The notes below the pieces were generated by a model. It saw nothing but the letters and a program-made list of their open reading frames with translations. It was not told the origin of the DNA and did not search any database. Of a stretch of 64,000 nt of DNA, positions 48,718-60,879 are shown piece after piece (the stretch's first letter is position 1; each line of letters begins with the position of its first letter). Source of the stretch: Malacoraja senta. Its lineage: Eukaryota. The stretch is from NCBI GenBank assembly GCA_038087875.1, contig CM075981.1, positions 806,001 to 870,000 on the forward strand, read 5' to 3'. The translations under genes and the position numbers were made by a program.

Positions 48718-51337
48718 CACACTTGCAAGACCATGACCTCAACTCAAATGGAGAATAGAAAGTGCAACTTCTTGTTTTGATAGCCTGAGATTTAGCCATA
48801 TAAATGAGTACCAAGGCATCCATTGTACAATGCCCAGGCCCCTGTGAAAGCCCAATTGTTTGCTTTCTGAGCCTTGTTGGAAGAATTGAATCAACTGTGT
48901 GATTGTTCGTGACGAAAAGACTGTTGCAAGTAGAGTTAAACATCTTATTGCTTTTGCAATCCCTATTAAATGCTTGAAATCCTGCATAATGCATTTGGTA
49001 CGATGAGCTCTGCTGAAAAAATTTACATCTAAACTCATTATCATTCTTGGGATTATTTATTGTGGATGGGCCGAGATGTGAGGACAGCTGGATAGGCTGG
49101 GTCTTTTATCACTGGTTTGCTGGAGGCTGAGAGGAGACCTTTACTTTACTTTACTTTAGAGATACTTAACAGATACAGCACAGAAACAGGCCCTTCGGCC
49201 AACCAAGTCCACACGGACCAGCGATCCCCATACACTAACACAATCCTGCACACACACGGGACAATTTATAATTTTACCGAAGCCAATTCACCTACAAACC
49301 TGCACGTCTTTGGAGTGTGAAAGGAAACTGGAGAACCCGGAGAAATCTCACGCAGTCACAGGGAGAATGTACCAACTCCATATGGAAAGCACAGTCGGGA
49401 TTGAACCCGGCACTGTAAGGCAGCAACTCTACCACTGCGCCACCCTGATAGAAGTACAGTGTATAAAGTTGTGAGTGGCAGAAATATGGTAGACAGTCAG
49501 AACCTTTTTGCCCAGGGTAGAGATTTCAAAGACGAGAGGGCAGAGCTTTAAGGTGAGGGGGGAGAAAATTCAAAGGCGATGTGCGGGTCAAATTTTTCCA
49601 CAGAGTGTGTTGGGTGCTTTGAATGTACTGCCAGAAGTGGTGGTGGAGACAGACACAAGAATGGCTTTTAAGAGGCACATGGATCTGCAGGGAATGAAAG
49701 GATATAGATCATGTGCAGACAGAGGAGAATAGTTTAACACGGCAATTTTCTCCGGGTGCTCCGTTTTCCTCCCACACTCAAAGACGTACAGGTTTGTAGG
49801 TTAATTGGCTTTGGTAAAATTGTAAATTGTACTCGTGAGTAGGATAGCGCTAGTGTACGGGGTACTTGCTAGTCGGCGTGGTAGTCGGTGGGCCGAAGGG
49901 CCTGTTTCCACGCTGTTTCTCTAAAGTCTAAAAGTCTAAAGACTCAGTGAAGCCAGCTGGTGGCTGCTCTTCCCGCCCCTGTGGACTTTCCCATCATACT
50001 GTAGCTATTTCTGTGCTTCTCTCTCATGCACTTCCTGTTCATTTCCGACTTACAAGCAGTTTGGGTTACTCCCATAGAGTCATACAGCACAGTAACAGGA
50101 CCATTGACCCAACTTGTCCATGCTGACCAAGATGCCCCATCTAACCTAGTCCCATTTGCCCACATTTGGCTCATATCCCTCTAAGCCTCGTTCAGATATC
50201 TATTGCTAGCCCTAGTTTATCCTGGTCTTTTCTTGGTTGCAGGTCCCGTCACCCTCCACAATCAGCCTGGGGAAGAATCATTTGGACAGGTGCATGGCTA
50301 ACGTAGGTTTCGCGGGATATGGGCCAAACACAGGCAGATGGACTAGCCTAGATGAGACATGTTGGTTGTCGTGGGCAAGTTGGGCCGAAGGGCCTGTTTC
50401 CATGCTGTATGATTCTGTGACTCTGTACCAACATGAAATGTCACATATCCATTTTCTCTAGAGATACTGCATGTCCCACTGAGTTACTCCAGCATTTTGT
50501 GTTTATCTTTGTTATACACCAACATCCTTTTTTATTACATTCCCTCTAAACCTGTTTCGTTCCTTTCTTACAATGGGTCTCAGTAATAGAACTCTGTTGT
50601 AACTTGGGGACTTGCACGATAACTTTCATCGGACTTACAATGAAGACCACATTTGATGCTGTAGCATAGACCCAAGGACATATGAGCAGAATTAGTTCAT
50701 TTGGCCCATCAAGTCTACTTCGTCATTGAATCATGGCTGCTCTATTTTTCTCTCTCAACCCCATTCATAATTTCACAAGTTGGTCTGAGCTTCTTCAAGA
50801 GTGTAGTTCAGTCCAACTGATACCACCACCTGGAAGGACCAGGTAGAAGCTGGCTGGTTCGACACCATTGTGAATCACCCATGTCCCCATTGCTCATTTA
50901 CTGTTTACAAGTGGGCATTGTATCAGAGTAGTTACATTGCTGAATTGGATCCACGTTGACCTGAAACAATGATTTGTGAATGGGAGATCAAATCTAGCAA
51001 AGCAACTGGACAATTGTTTATTAAATTCCAGGAATACAAAAGTAACCACAGCAGTGGTAGCCATGAAACCTAGTTTAGAGATGTAGTGTGGAAATAGGCC
51101 TTTCGACCCATTGAGTCCATACTGACCAGCCATCAGCCGTATACTAGTGCCATCCACACTAAGGGCAATTTTCAGAAACTACAACTTAAAAACTTGTGTA
51201 GAAAGGAATTGCAGATGCTGGTTTATACTGAAGATAGATGCGAGGTGCTGGAGTAACTCATTGGTTATACAGCATTTCTGGTGGAAAAGGATGGGTGATG
51301 TTTCAGTTCTGGACCCTTCACACCCCGTCTGAAGAAT

Positions 51338-52263
51338 GGCCCCAATGGGGGGCAGTGTTAGCTGTGAGGAGGGTGCTAGGAGGCTGCAGGATGACTTGGA
51401 TAGGCTGGGTGAGTGGGAAAATGCATGGCAGATGCAGTATAATGTGGATAAATGTGAGGTTATCCACTTTGGTGGCAAAAACAGGAAAGTAGACTATTAC
51501 CTGAATGGTGGCCGATTAGGAAAAGGGAGATGCAACGAGACCTGGGTGTCATGGTACACCAGTCATTGAAAGTAGGCATGCAGGTGCAGCAGGCAGTGAA
51601 GAAAGCGAATGGTATGTTAACATTCATAGCAAAAGGATTTGAGTATAGGAGCAGGGAGGTTCTAGTGCAGTTGTACAGGGTCTTGGTGAGACCACACCTG
51701 GAGTATTGCGTACAGCTTTGGTCTCCTAATCTGAGGAAGGACATTCTTGCGATAGAGGGAGTACAGAGAAGGTTCACCAGACTGATTCCTGGGATGTCAG
51801 GACTTTGATATGAAGAAAGACTGGCTAGACTCGGCTTGTACTCGCTAGAATTTAGAAGATTGAGGGGGGATCTTATAGAAACTTACAAAATTCTTAAGGG
51901 GTTGGACAGGCCAGATGCAGGAAGATTGTTCCTGATGTTGGGGAAGTCCAGAACAAGGGGTCACAGTTTAAGGATAAAGGGGAAATCATTTAGGACTGAG
52001 ATGAGAAAAACATTTTTTACTCAGAGAGTGGTGAATCTCTGGAATTCTCTGCCACAGAATGTAGTTGAGGCCAATTCATTGGCTATATTTAAGAGGGAGT
52101 TAGATGTGGCCCTTATGGCTAAAGGGATCAGGGGGTATGGAGAGAAAGCAGGTACAGGATACTGAGTTGGATGATCAGCCACGATCATATTGAATGGCGG
52201 TGCAGGCTTGAAGGGCCGAATGGCCTACTCCTGCACCTATTTTCTAAGTTTCTATGTTTCTAT
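51338..52263 (+). mobile_element. CR1 LINE 3' fragment (longest in window, with stop and frameshift)
   Basis: LQDDLDRLGEW..WQMQYNVDKCEVIHFG..RDLGV..; split across three ORFs. Confidence 0.92.
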
Positions 52264-53508
52264 GAAACGTCACCCAACCTTTTACTCAGAGATGTTGCCT
52301 GACCCATTGAGTTACTCCAGCACTTTATGTCTATCTTCAACTAACAAACGTGCACGTCGTTGGGATTACAATGGGGCTGTCTGCATAGAGTTTGTATGTT
52401 CACCCTATGACCGCATGGGTTTTCTCAGGTTGCTCTGGTTTCCTCCCACATTCCAAATACATACGGGCTTGTAGGTTATTGGCTTCTGTAAATCGGTGTG
52501 TAGGATAGAATTATTGTGCAAGATAGAATGGGTGATCACTGGTCAGTGCAGACTCGGAGGGCCGAAGGGCCTGTTTCCATGAGGTATCTTTAAGCATAAA
52601 TACAGAGTGCAGAATATAGTTCTCAGCATAGTAACACATCAGTTCCATATACAAAGTCCAATGTCTACAATGGGGTAGAGGTGAATTTGACAGTACCCTA
52701 GTTTATGTAGGTGCAATTAATGTTAAAGCTAGACTGAGCATTGAATGACTAACCCCTGCTTCTATTTCTTACGTTCTGAGTCATCAAGTCATGCTTCCAA
52801 CTCATCGGTTCAAGTCACGCACCATACTGATTGAAAATATATCGCTGGCGGTGTCTGAGTCTGGAACACACTGCCCAATTGTGGTGGAACCTTTGCCAGG
52901 ATAGCAATGGTTCAAGGAGGCAGCTAACAGCCACTTCAACAAGGGCAGTAAGGAATGGGCAATACGCACATGCCTTGTCAGCAACATTACAACCCCCAAA
53001 TGATTAAAAAAATTCAGAGTTACCTGTTGAGGAAGTTCAGGTTTTCTCAACTCTGCAATAGTTTTAGAAAGTAGTGTGCAGAAGTGGTGACAGTTACAAA
53101 AAAATCTCATGAGTGTGGTGATTTCTTCAACAAAATAGTTTTTACCACATTTCCGGTTTTTAAAAAATATCACGAGCATTCAGAGACTGCTTTATTGATA
53201 ACAAGTAATTTTGCAAACATGGCTGGCTTTCATTAAACCAAGACCAAATAAGGTGCAAATAAAATGTTGCGTTCATGCATAATTGTGAAGTTAATTGTCT
53301 CAAAGCACNNNNNNNNNNNNNNNNNNNNNNNNNNNNNNNNNNNNNNNNNNNNNNNNNNNNNNNNNNNNNNNNNNNNNNNNNNNNNNNNNNNNNNNNNNNN
53401 NNNNNNNNNNNNNNNNNNNNNNNNNNNNNNNNNNNNNNNNNNNNNNNNNNNNNNNNNNNNNNNNNNNNNNNNNNNNNNNNNNNNNNNNNNNNNNNNNNNN
53501 NNNNNNNN

Positions 53509-53617
53509 AACTAAACTAAACTACACTAAACTACACTAAACTACACTAAACTACACTAAACTACACTAAACTACACTAAACTACACTAAACTACACTGAA
53601 CTAAACTGAACTGAACA
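53509..53617 (+). repeat. (CTACACTAAA)n tandem repeat derived from a SINE-type tail, next to gap N 53309-53508
   Basis: Directly visible 10-bp periodicity. Confidence 0.9.
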
Positions 53618-54114
53618 CACAATGAAAACACAATGGCTTTAAAAAATGGCAATTCAATTGACAACACAGAAAGCTGATAAATCAGTGCTTTGACAAACTA
53701 TCGTCTGTTGTTACCTCTTCTGTAAAAGCTAGTCATAGCTATCACTGTTATGAACAAACGTGAACATTCTCAGTCCAGAAAATACACCCAGTGTGAAGCT
53801 TTACACTTCAGCACATATAAAATGGAGGAAGTAGTTGGGACTGGCACGGCTGTGACAAAGTTCCTCCCACATTCATTGCAACCAAAGTGAAGCACAAGAT
53901 GAGGAAATTCAACTGTTTCGAGACATTTTAGGCAACGGAGGCCAGCTGGAACAAACTAACAAGCTGGCAGTGGGTAGATATAATTGAAGTAAAATCACTC
54001 GGTGACCTCAAGTTTGATCCAGCTGGCTCGTTGCTAAAATGTCTCAGAACAGTGATTTCCACCTTCTGCTTCACTTTCCTTTGCAGCCTGCAGTCATGGG
54101 TTTAACAGAGATTA

Positions 54115-54665
54115 TTCAAGTTCAAGTTCACATTTATTGTCACGTGCACCAATTAAGGTACAGCGATATTTGAGTTGCCATACAGCCATACAAGTTAAAA
54201 GAACACCATACACAATAGAATTTAACCTAAACATCCACCACAGTGGAATCAGCATTCTTCACTGTGATGGAAGGCAATAAAGTTCAGTCATCTTCCTCCT
54301 TGGTTCACCCGTGGTCGGGGCCTTGAATCCTCCGCAGTCGCCGCTACAGATGTTCAGGCCCTCTCGTCGGGATGATCGAAGCTCCGATGTCGGAACGGAT
54401 CAGAACACACTCTGTGGCTTGGAGTTCCAGGATCGGCCGCTTCTTACTGGAGACCGTGGCTTCACGATGTTAAAATCCACAGGCACCGCGGTCGGAGCTC
54501 CAACATTGCCGATCCTTGGCAAAGGATCGCAGCTCCGCGATGTTAAAGTCCGCGCCGCAGCCGTGGTTAGAAGCTCCGCAGACCGCAGCTCCATGATGTT
54601 AAAGTCAACAGGCACCCGCAGTCGGAGCTCCAACACTGGCAATCCTCAGCAAAGGATACTATCGC
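54115..54665 (-). mobile_element. Probable LINE 3' UTR fragment with CpG-rich internal sub-repeats
   Basis: Minus strand ends tggtgcacgtgacaataaatgt(gaactt)n; two ~65-bp sub-repeats at about 54465 and 54595. Confidence 0.45.
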
Positions 54666-55065
54666 CCGCTCGGTGGTGACTCTGTGCAATACTTTCCTAC
54701 AGAAGACTGTGGAGACAATTTTTATGGCAGAGATAGATAGATTCTTGATTATTACAGGTGTCAGAGGTTATGGGGCGATGGGGTAAGGAGGGAGAGATAG
54801 ATCAGCCATGATTGAATGGTGAGGTAGACTTGATGGGCTGAATGGCATAATTCTGCTCCTATCATTTATGACCTTACGGCCTTATACCTCGGTACATGTG
54901 ACAATAACCAAACTGAACTGAACTGAGAAAAAACATTTCCCCTTCTATTGGGGAGCAGAGACCTTGAAAGGGAACTAGTGCTTTGAAAGCATAGTATTTA
55001 CACCAGATCATCTAAGTTTCATCTCTATCGGGTCAAACTATCTCAGGCAGTTGCACGTAAACTGT

Positions 55066-55506
55066 CATACGAGGAAAGATTGAAAAGACTAGGCTTGTAT
55101 TCACTGGATTTTAGAAGGATGAGGGGGTTGGATCATATAAAATTATAAAAGGACTGGACAAGCTAGATGCAGGAAAAATGTTCCCAATGTTGGGCGAGTC
55201 CAGAACCAGGGGCCACAGTCTTAGAATAAAGGGGAGGCCATCTTAAGACTGAGGTGAGAAAAAACGTTTTCACCCAGAGAGTTGTGAATTTGTGGAATTC
55301 CCTGCCACAGAGGGCAGTGGAGGCCAAGTCACTGGATGGATTTAAGAGAGAGTTCGATAGAGCTCTAGGGGCTAGTGGAATCAAGGGATATGGGGAGAAG
55401 GCAGGCACGGGTTATTGATTGGGGACGATCAGCCATGATCACAATGAATGGCGGTGCTGGCTCGAAGGGCCGAATGGCCTACTCCTGCACCTATTGTCTA
55501 TTGTCT
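55066..55506 (+). mobile_element. CR1 LINE 3' fragment
   Basis: Same subfamily as 3295-3775; (TATTGTC)n tail. Confidence 0.85.
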
Positions 55507-55620
55507 ATTGTTTATCAGTCGGCCAGTCGATGGTGTGTATGTGATAAACAGGAACACATTGAGGATAGTCCTTGTTCTTCAGTTCACTGGATGGTTTTCA
55601 GTGTTGAAAGAACTGATGAG

Positions 55621-55760
55621 TTATGGGTCAGTGGTGCAGAGTAACAGACTGCTCTCGCCCTGGAAGGCAAAGAATGAAACACAATTTGCATCTTGCAAAG
55701 CAGAATTGAGTCTTTGTGTCCTGCAAATTTGTGCTTGGCAATCATCATTATACACACTTG
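55621..55760 (-). other. Candidate downstream (3' UTR) exon of receptor C
   Basis: Acceptor gtattccttttgttcag in non-repetitive sequence below the 56988 donor. The 3' end is not determined. Confidence 0.45.
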
Positions 55761-57000
55761 CTGAACAAAAGGAATACGATCAGAGAACTCCAAAATCCCC
55801 GACAGGTTGGGCAACCGACAGCTCACCTGTAACTCCCCGTACATTGTCCCTAGTGTGTAGGATAGAACTTGTGCAAAAGAGAAGCAAACTACCAATTTGT
55901 CAGTATGTTTAGGTTTAGATTAGACATATAGCAAAGAAACAGGTCCTTCGGCCCACCCAGTCCACGCTGACCAGCGATCCCCGCGCACTAATACTATCCT
56001 ACACACACCAGGGACAATTTACCATTTTACCAAGCCAAGTAGTCTACCATCCTGCACTTCTTTGGAGTGTGGGAGGAAACTGGAGCTGCCGGAGAAAACC
56101 AACGCAGGTCATGGGGCGAACTCCGTACAGACAGCACCCATAGTCAGGATCAAACCCGGGTCTCTGGTGCTGTGAGGCAGCAGCTCTACCGATGCGTCAC
56201 CGTGCCACCCTACAAGGAATATGTAACTACAAGGAACTGCAGATGCAGGCTTATCCCAAAGTAAGTCATAGGAGCAGAATTAGGCCATTTGGTCCATTGA
56301 GTCTACTCTGCCCTTCAGTCATGAATAATCTATCTTTCCCTCTCAACCCCATTCTCCACGTGGCCTTTGACCCCTGTACTAACCAAGAACCTGTCAATCT
56401 CTGCTGGATATTCCTTCCTATCGCCTGACATGATGGACTGAAAAGGAGGGAAGAACACTTAATTTTTATTAATTCTTGGAAATAGTTATAAAAGGTTTCA
56501 AGGGTTATGGGCAGAAAGTTGGAGAATGGGATTAAGAGGGAAAGATTGGGGATGTGAGGGGGGGGGGGGGGATCGGAGCACCAGGAGAAACCCACGTAAT
56601 CACAGGGAGAACATGCAAACTCCACACTGAGAGCACCTGAGCTCAGGATCAATCCCAGGTTTCTGGCTTGTGAGGCAACAGCTTTACCCTTTCCAGAGAT
56701 TGCTATTACACTCCGGGTGTCAGGGGTTATGGGGAGAAGGCAGGAGAATGTGGTTAGGAAGGGGAGATAGATCAGCCACGATCGAATGGCGGTGTAGATG
56801 GGCCGAATGACCTAATTCTGCTCCTATCAATTATGAACTTATTAACTTAATTCCAGGCAAGGTGTTCCCTCATCTGTCTGAAGAAAGGTCCTGACCTGAA
56901 ACATCCCCTATCCATCCCTTCCACAGATGCTGCCTGACCTGCTGAGTTACTTAAGATGCAGAAAGGGGTGAATAAAATAAATCTTACCCGTTTTCTTTGC

Positions 57001-57097
57001 CTACATTCTCGCAGTCACAATACCCCAGACAAGCAGAATGGCAAGGAATATCCAACGCATAATGTTCCATATGAAATGATAGTTAGTATTATGTTTC
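57001..57097 (-). CDS. Receptor C TM exon coding part (KHNTNYHFIWNIMRWIFLAILLVWGIVTARM*)
   Basis: Acceptor tttgcctttttcctctcag, phase 2. Arg within the hydrophobic helix, TAG stop at 57003-57001, donor G|GTAAGA after 56988. Confidence 0.88.
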
Positions 57098-57256
57098 CTG
57101 AGAGGAAAAAGGCAAACAGTTTAACCAAATGCGTTTACTAACAGTACAGGTAGATGTGCGTCCGATTATTTGTACTTAGTTTAGAGATAGAGATACCGTG
57201 CGAAACAGCCCTTTGGCCCACCGTGTCCGCGCCGACCAGTGATCACCGCATATTAT

Positions 57257-57500
57257 GACGACAGATGGCGCAATGGGCTAAGTGTTCGGCTGGCAACCGG
57301 AAGGTAGCCGGTTCGAATCCCGCTTGGAGTGCATACTGTCGTTGTGTCCTTGGGCAAGACACTTCACCCACCTTTGCCTGCGTGTGAATGTTGATATGTT
57401 GATATCAACATATGGATATGGATAATTCTCTGTAAAGCACTTTGGTTTCAAGTGATTTGATTGAAAAGTGCTATATAAATACAAATATTATTATTATATT
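57257..57500 (+). mobile_element. tRNA-derived SINE with CORE-like middle and L2-type 3' end, nested in an HE1 SINE
   Basis: A box TGGCGCAATGG (57266), B box GGTTCGAATCC (57310), gttgtgtccttgggcaagacact, tail gtaaagcactttg..aaaagtgctatataa(TAT)n. HE1 sequence resumes on both sides. Confidence 0.7.
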
Positions 57501-58203
57501 ATATTAACTATCCTACAGACACTAGGGACAATTTACATTTACACCAAGCCAATTTACCTACATACCTCACGTCTTTGGAGTGTAGGAGGAAACCGAGGAT
57601 ATCGGAGGAAACCCACGCAGTCACGGGAGAACGTACAAACTCCGTACAGACAGCACCCGTGGTTAGGATCGAACCCAGGTTGTGTGAGGCAGCAACCCTA
57701 CAGCTGCGCCACCGTGCCGCCCTTGTTTGCTTGGGCAAGACTGTTGGGGACACAAAGTGCAGGAGTAACTCAGCGGGTCAGGGAGCATCTCTGGAGTTCA
57801 GGGATAGGTAATATTTTGGGTCAGGACCCTTCTTCAGACTTCTGTAAATTGTCCACAGGGTATAGGATGGAACAAGAATACAGGTGATCATTTGTTGCCA
57901 AGGGACCTATTTCACGTTGTATCGCTAATCTAAACTAAAGTGCAATCCAACATGTTGATTCTCTACCACATATTGTAGACTTTTACATGTTCTATAATAT
58001 TCCCCTTGATCCTGAAACCGTATAAAAATAATCCTTCATTCTCCAAATTCTCCCCCAACTCTCGAGACAAACATTGACCAGTGCAACCACCAAGAAACAA
58101 TGATAACCCCTTGTACATAAGTAACGTTTTATTCATCACTATAGCTATGTAGATATAGGGTAAGTGCTCAGAAGATATAACTTTATAAAGATTTAGCCTT
58201 TAC

Positions 58204-58228
58204 CAGATATCCTTTGCCGTTGACGTAT
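58204..58228 (-). CDS. Receptor C stalk micro-exon (NTSTAKDIW)
   Basis: Acceptor tttactttttccaatcacag, donor TG|GTAAAG, 25 bp, phase 1-2, exactly bridging V and TM exons. Confidence 0.72.
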
Positions 58229-58844
58229 CTGTGATTGGAAAAAGTAAATGATGACTTGTTAAAATTGAGGTCAATTACTGTTGGCTAGTAGTGCAGGTAA
58301 ATGTCTATAACATGCTTAATCTAACCCATCAATTTGTTCACAAACAAAAAGTTAAAATTTAATGTGTAGGAAGGAACTGCAGATGCTGGTTTAATATGAA
58401 GATCGACACAAAGAGCTGGAGTAACCCAGCAGGGCCAGGCAGCATCTCTGGAGAAAAGGAATAGGTGACGTTTCGGGTCGAGACCTTTTTTCAGACTGCG
58501 ATTCAGGGGAAAGGGAAATGAGAGATGTAGATGATGATATAGAGAGATATAGACCAAATGAATGAAAGATATGCGAAACAGTAACAATGATCTAGGAAAC
58601 AGGCTATTGATAGATGTAAATGGGTCATATAGACAGAAACTTTCCAGAATGGCAGTGAAACTAGTACAATGGATAGGTTAAAATTTAAATTGGAGTCATA
58701 GAGCCATAAAGCCATGGAAGAGTCATACAGCGTAGAAGTAGGCCCTTCAGCCCAACTTGCCCACAACATGCCCCAGCTACCATAGTCCCAGCTGCCTGCG
58801 GTGGCCCATATCCCTCCAAACCTATTCTATCCATGTCCCTGTTG

Positions 58845-58930
58845 AACTGAAATTAAATTAAATGAAAACTTAAATTAAAGGTTAAATTAAATTAAAATTA
58901 AAGGTTAAATTAAAATTAAGATTAAAATAG
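58845..58930. repeat. AT-rich low-complexity repeat (TTAAA/AAATT)
   Basis: Directly visible. Confidence 0.8.
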
Positions 58931-59080
58931 GTAAAAATTAATGTTCCAACAGAAAATATCTTAATTTCTTTCTAGAATAATAATTCTGTTAAAAGCTCTG
59001 GAAACTGCAAACTATATAATAATCCACACAGCAGACTATGTAAGAGCATTAACATTTACAAAAGTATATTCAAGCCTTAC

Positions 59081-59413
59081 TTTCAATGATATTAAGTTTC
59101 ACACGACTTCGCAGGTCAATGAACAATCTCATAATCGCACACCAATACCACCCTTCATCATTCAGTGTGAGATGTTCCATAGTGACTGAGAACTCCCCAA
59201 CTTTGGTATCATCTGTAATGGATATTCTGCCATCAGACGTTGTCATGTTGCGGTCTATGGTTTGTACCAGAATAGTACAGCTCATCCAGTCACTGCCTTT
59301 GCACCAGTACTTTGGGAAGTTGCTGAAATATCGATCATATGTACATGTGATATGGACCGATTGCCCCTCTGTTCCATTTACTGCACGTGGTCCACTTAGA
59401 GCAGCATTTGTAA
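59081..59413 (-). CDS. Receptor C Ig V-domain exon
   Basis: Acceptor ttttcacactgaacag, donor GAAA|GTAAG, 333 bp, phase 1-1. VTNAALSGPRAVNGTEGQSVHITC..KYWCKGSDWMSC..DEGWYWCA. Confidence 0.95.
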
Positions 59414-60074
59414 CTGTTCAGTGTGAAAATATATATATAACATATATTAAAACATATTATTTGTGACAGATTAATAACTGGAGAACTAAACATACAAACA
59501 TATGCTCCATGTTTAGGTCCATTAATGTCAAGTGTACCAAGGTACAGTGGAAAGCTTTGTTTTGCCTGCAATCCAAGCACTAAACGTTATTCCTTTTATC
59601 CTGCATTTGTACACTGTGGATGACCTGATTGTAATCATGTTTAGTCTTTCGGCTGACTGGATAGCATGCAACAAAAAGCTTTTCACTGTATCTCGGTACA
59701 TGTGACAATAATAAACTAAACTAAACTAAACATAAATGCAATCATCCTACTGAAGTACAATAGATAGAGCAAAGGGGAAGATACAGAGTGCAGAATAGTT
59801 CTAAGCATTGTAGTGCATCAGTTTCATGGACAAAGTACAATGTCTGCAATGGGGTAGAGGTGAATAGGACAGTACCCTAGCTTACGGAAGTACCGTTCTG
59901 CAGCTTGATTACAGAGCGAAAGATGTTCCTGAGTCTGGTGATGCATTGTTTCAAGCTTATATACATTCTGCTGGATGGGAACAGGAAGAAGGAATGACTA
60001 GGATGAGATAAGTGTTTGATTACGTTGGCTGCTTTTCCAATGTCCTCTATTAGATTACTATCTAAATGGCGTCG

Positions 60075-60842
60075 TCAGATTGCTATCTAAATGGCGTCAA
60101 GTTGGGAAAAGGGGATGTACAACGGGATCTGGGGGTCATTGTTCATCAGTCTATGAAAGTAAGCATGCAGGTACAGCAGGCAGTGAAGAAAGCGAATGGC
60201 ATGTTGGCCTTTATAACACGAGGAATCGAATATAGGAGCAAAGAGTTCCTTCTGCAGTTGTACAGAGCCCCAGTGAGACCACACCTGGAGTATTGTGTGC
60301 AGTTTTGGTCCCCTAATTTGAGGAAGGACATTCTTGCTATTGAGGGAGTGCAGGGTAGGTTTACAAGGTTAATTCCCGGGATGGCGGGACTGTCATATAC
60401 TGAGAGAATGGAGCAGCTGGGCTTGTACACTCTGGAGTTTAGAAGGATGAGAGGGCATCTCATTGAAACATATAAGATTGTTAAGGGCTTGGTCACGCAA
60501 GAGGCAGGAAACATGTTCCCGATGTTGGGGGAGTCCAGAACCAGGGGCCACAGTTTAAGAATAAGGAGTAAGCCATTTAGAACAGACACGAGGAAACACT
60601 TTTTCTCACAGAGGGTTGTGAGTCTGTGGAATTCTCTGCCTAAGAGGGCGGTGGAGGCAGGTTCTCTGGATGCTTTCAAGAGAGAGCTAGATAGGGCTCT
60701 TAAAAATAGCGGTCAGGGGATATGGGGAGAAGGCAGGAACGGGGTACTGATTGGGGATGATCAGCCATGATCACATTGAATGGTGGTGCTGGCTCGAAGG
60801 GCCAAATGGACTACTCCTGCACCTATTGTCTATTGTCTATTG
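60075..60842 (+). mobile_element. CR1 LINE 3' fragment
   Basis: ORF 60066..60770 is the CR1 ORF2 C-terminus. Confidence 0.92.
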
Positions 60843-60879
60843 TAGCTCTCACCAAATTCTAATTCACCCTACATAGTCA

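Noticed and set aside
48581-48994. ORFs 48581..48994 and 62180..62608 as whole proteins
   Set aside because: Only the 40-bp leader exons within them are supported; the rest is promoter/UTR or intron and SINE sequence.
52802-53179. 125-aa minus-strand ORF between receptors B and C
   Set aside because: No recognisable domain, signal peptide, TM segment or convincing splice sites.
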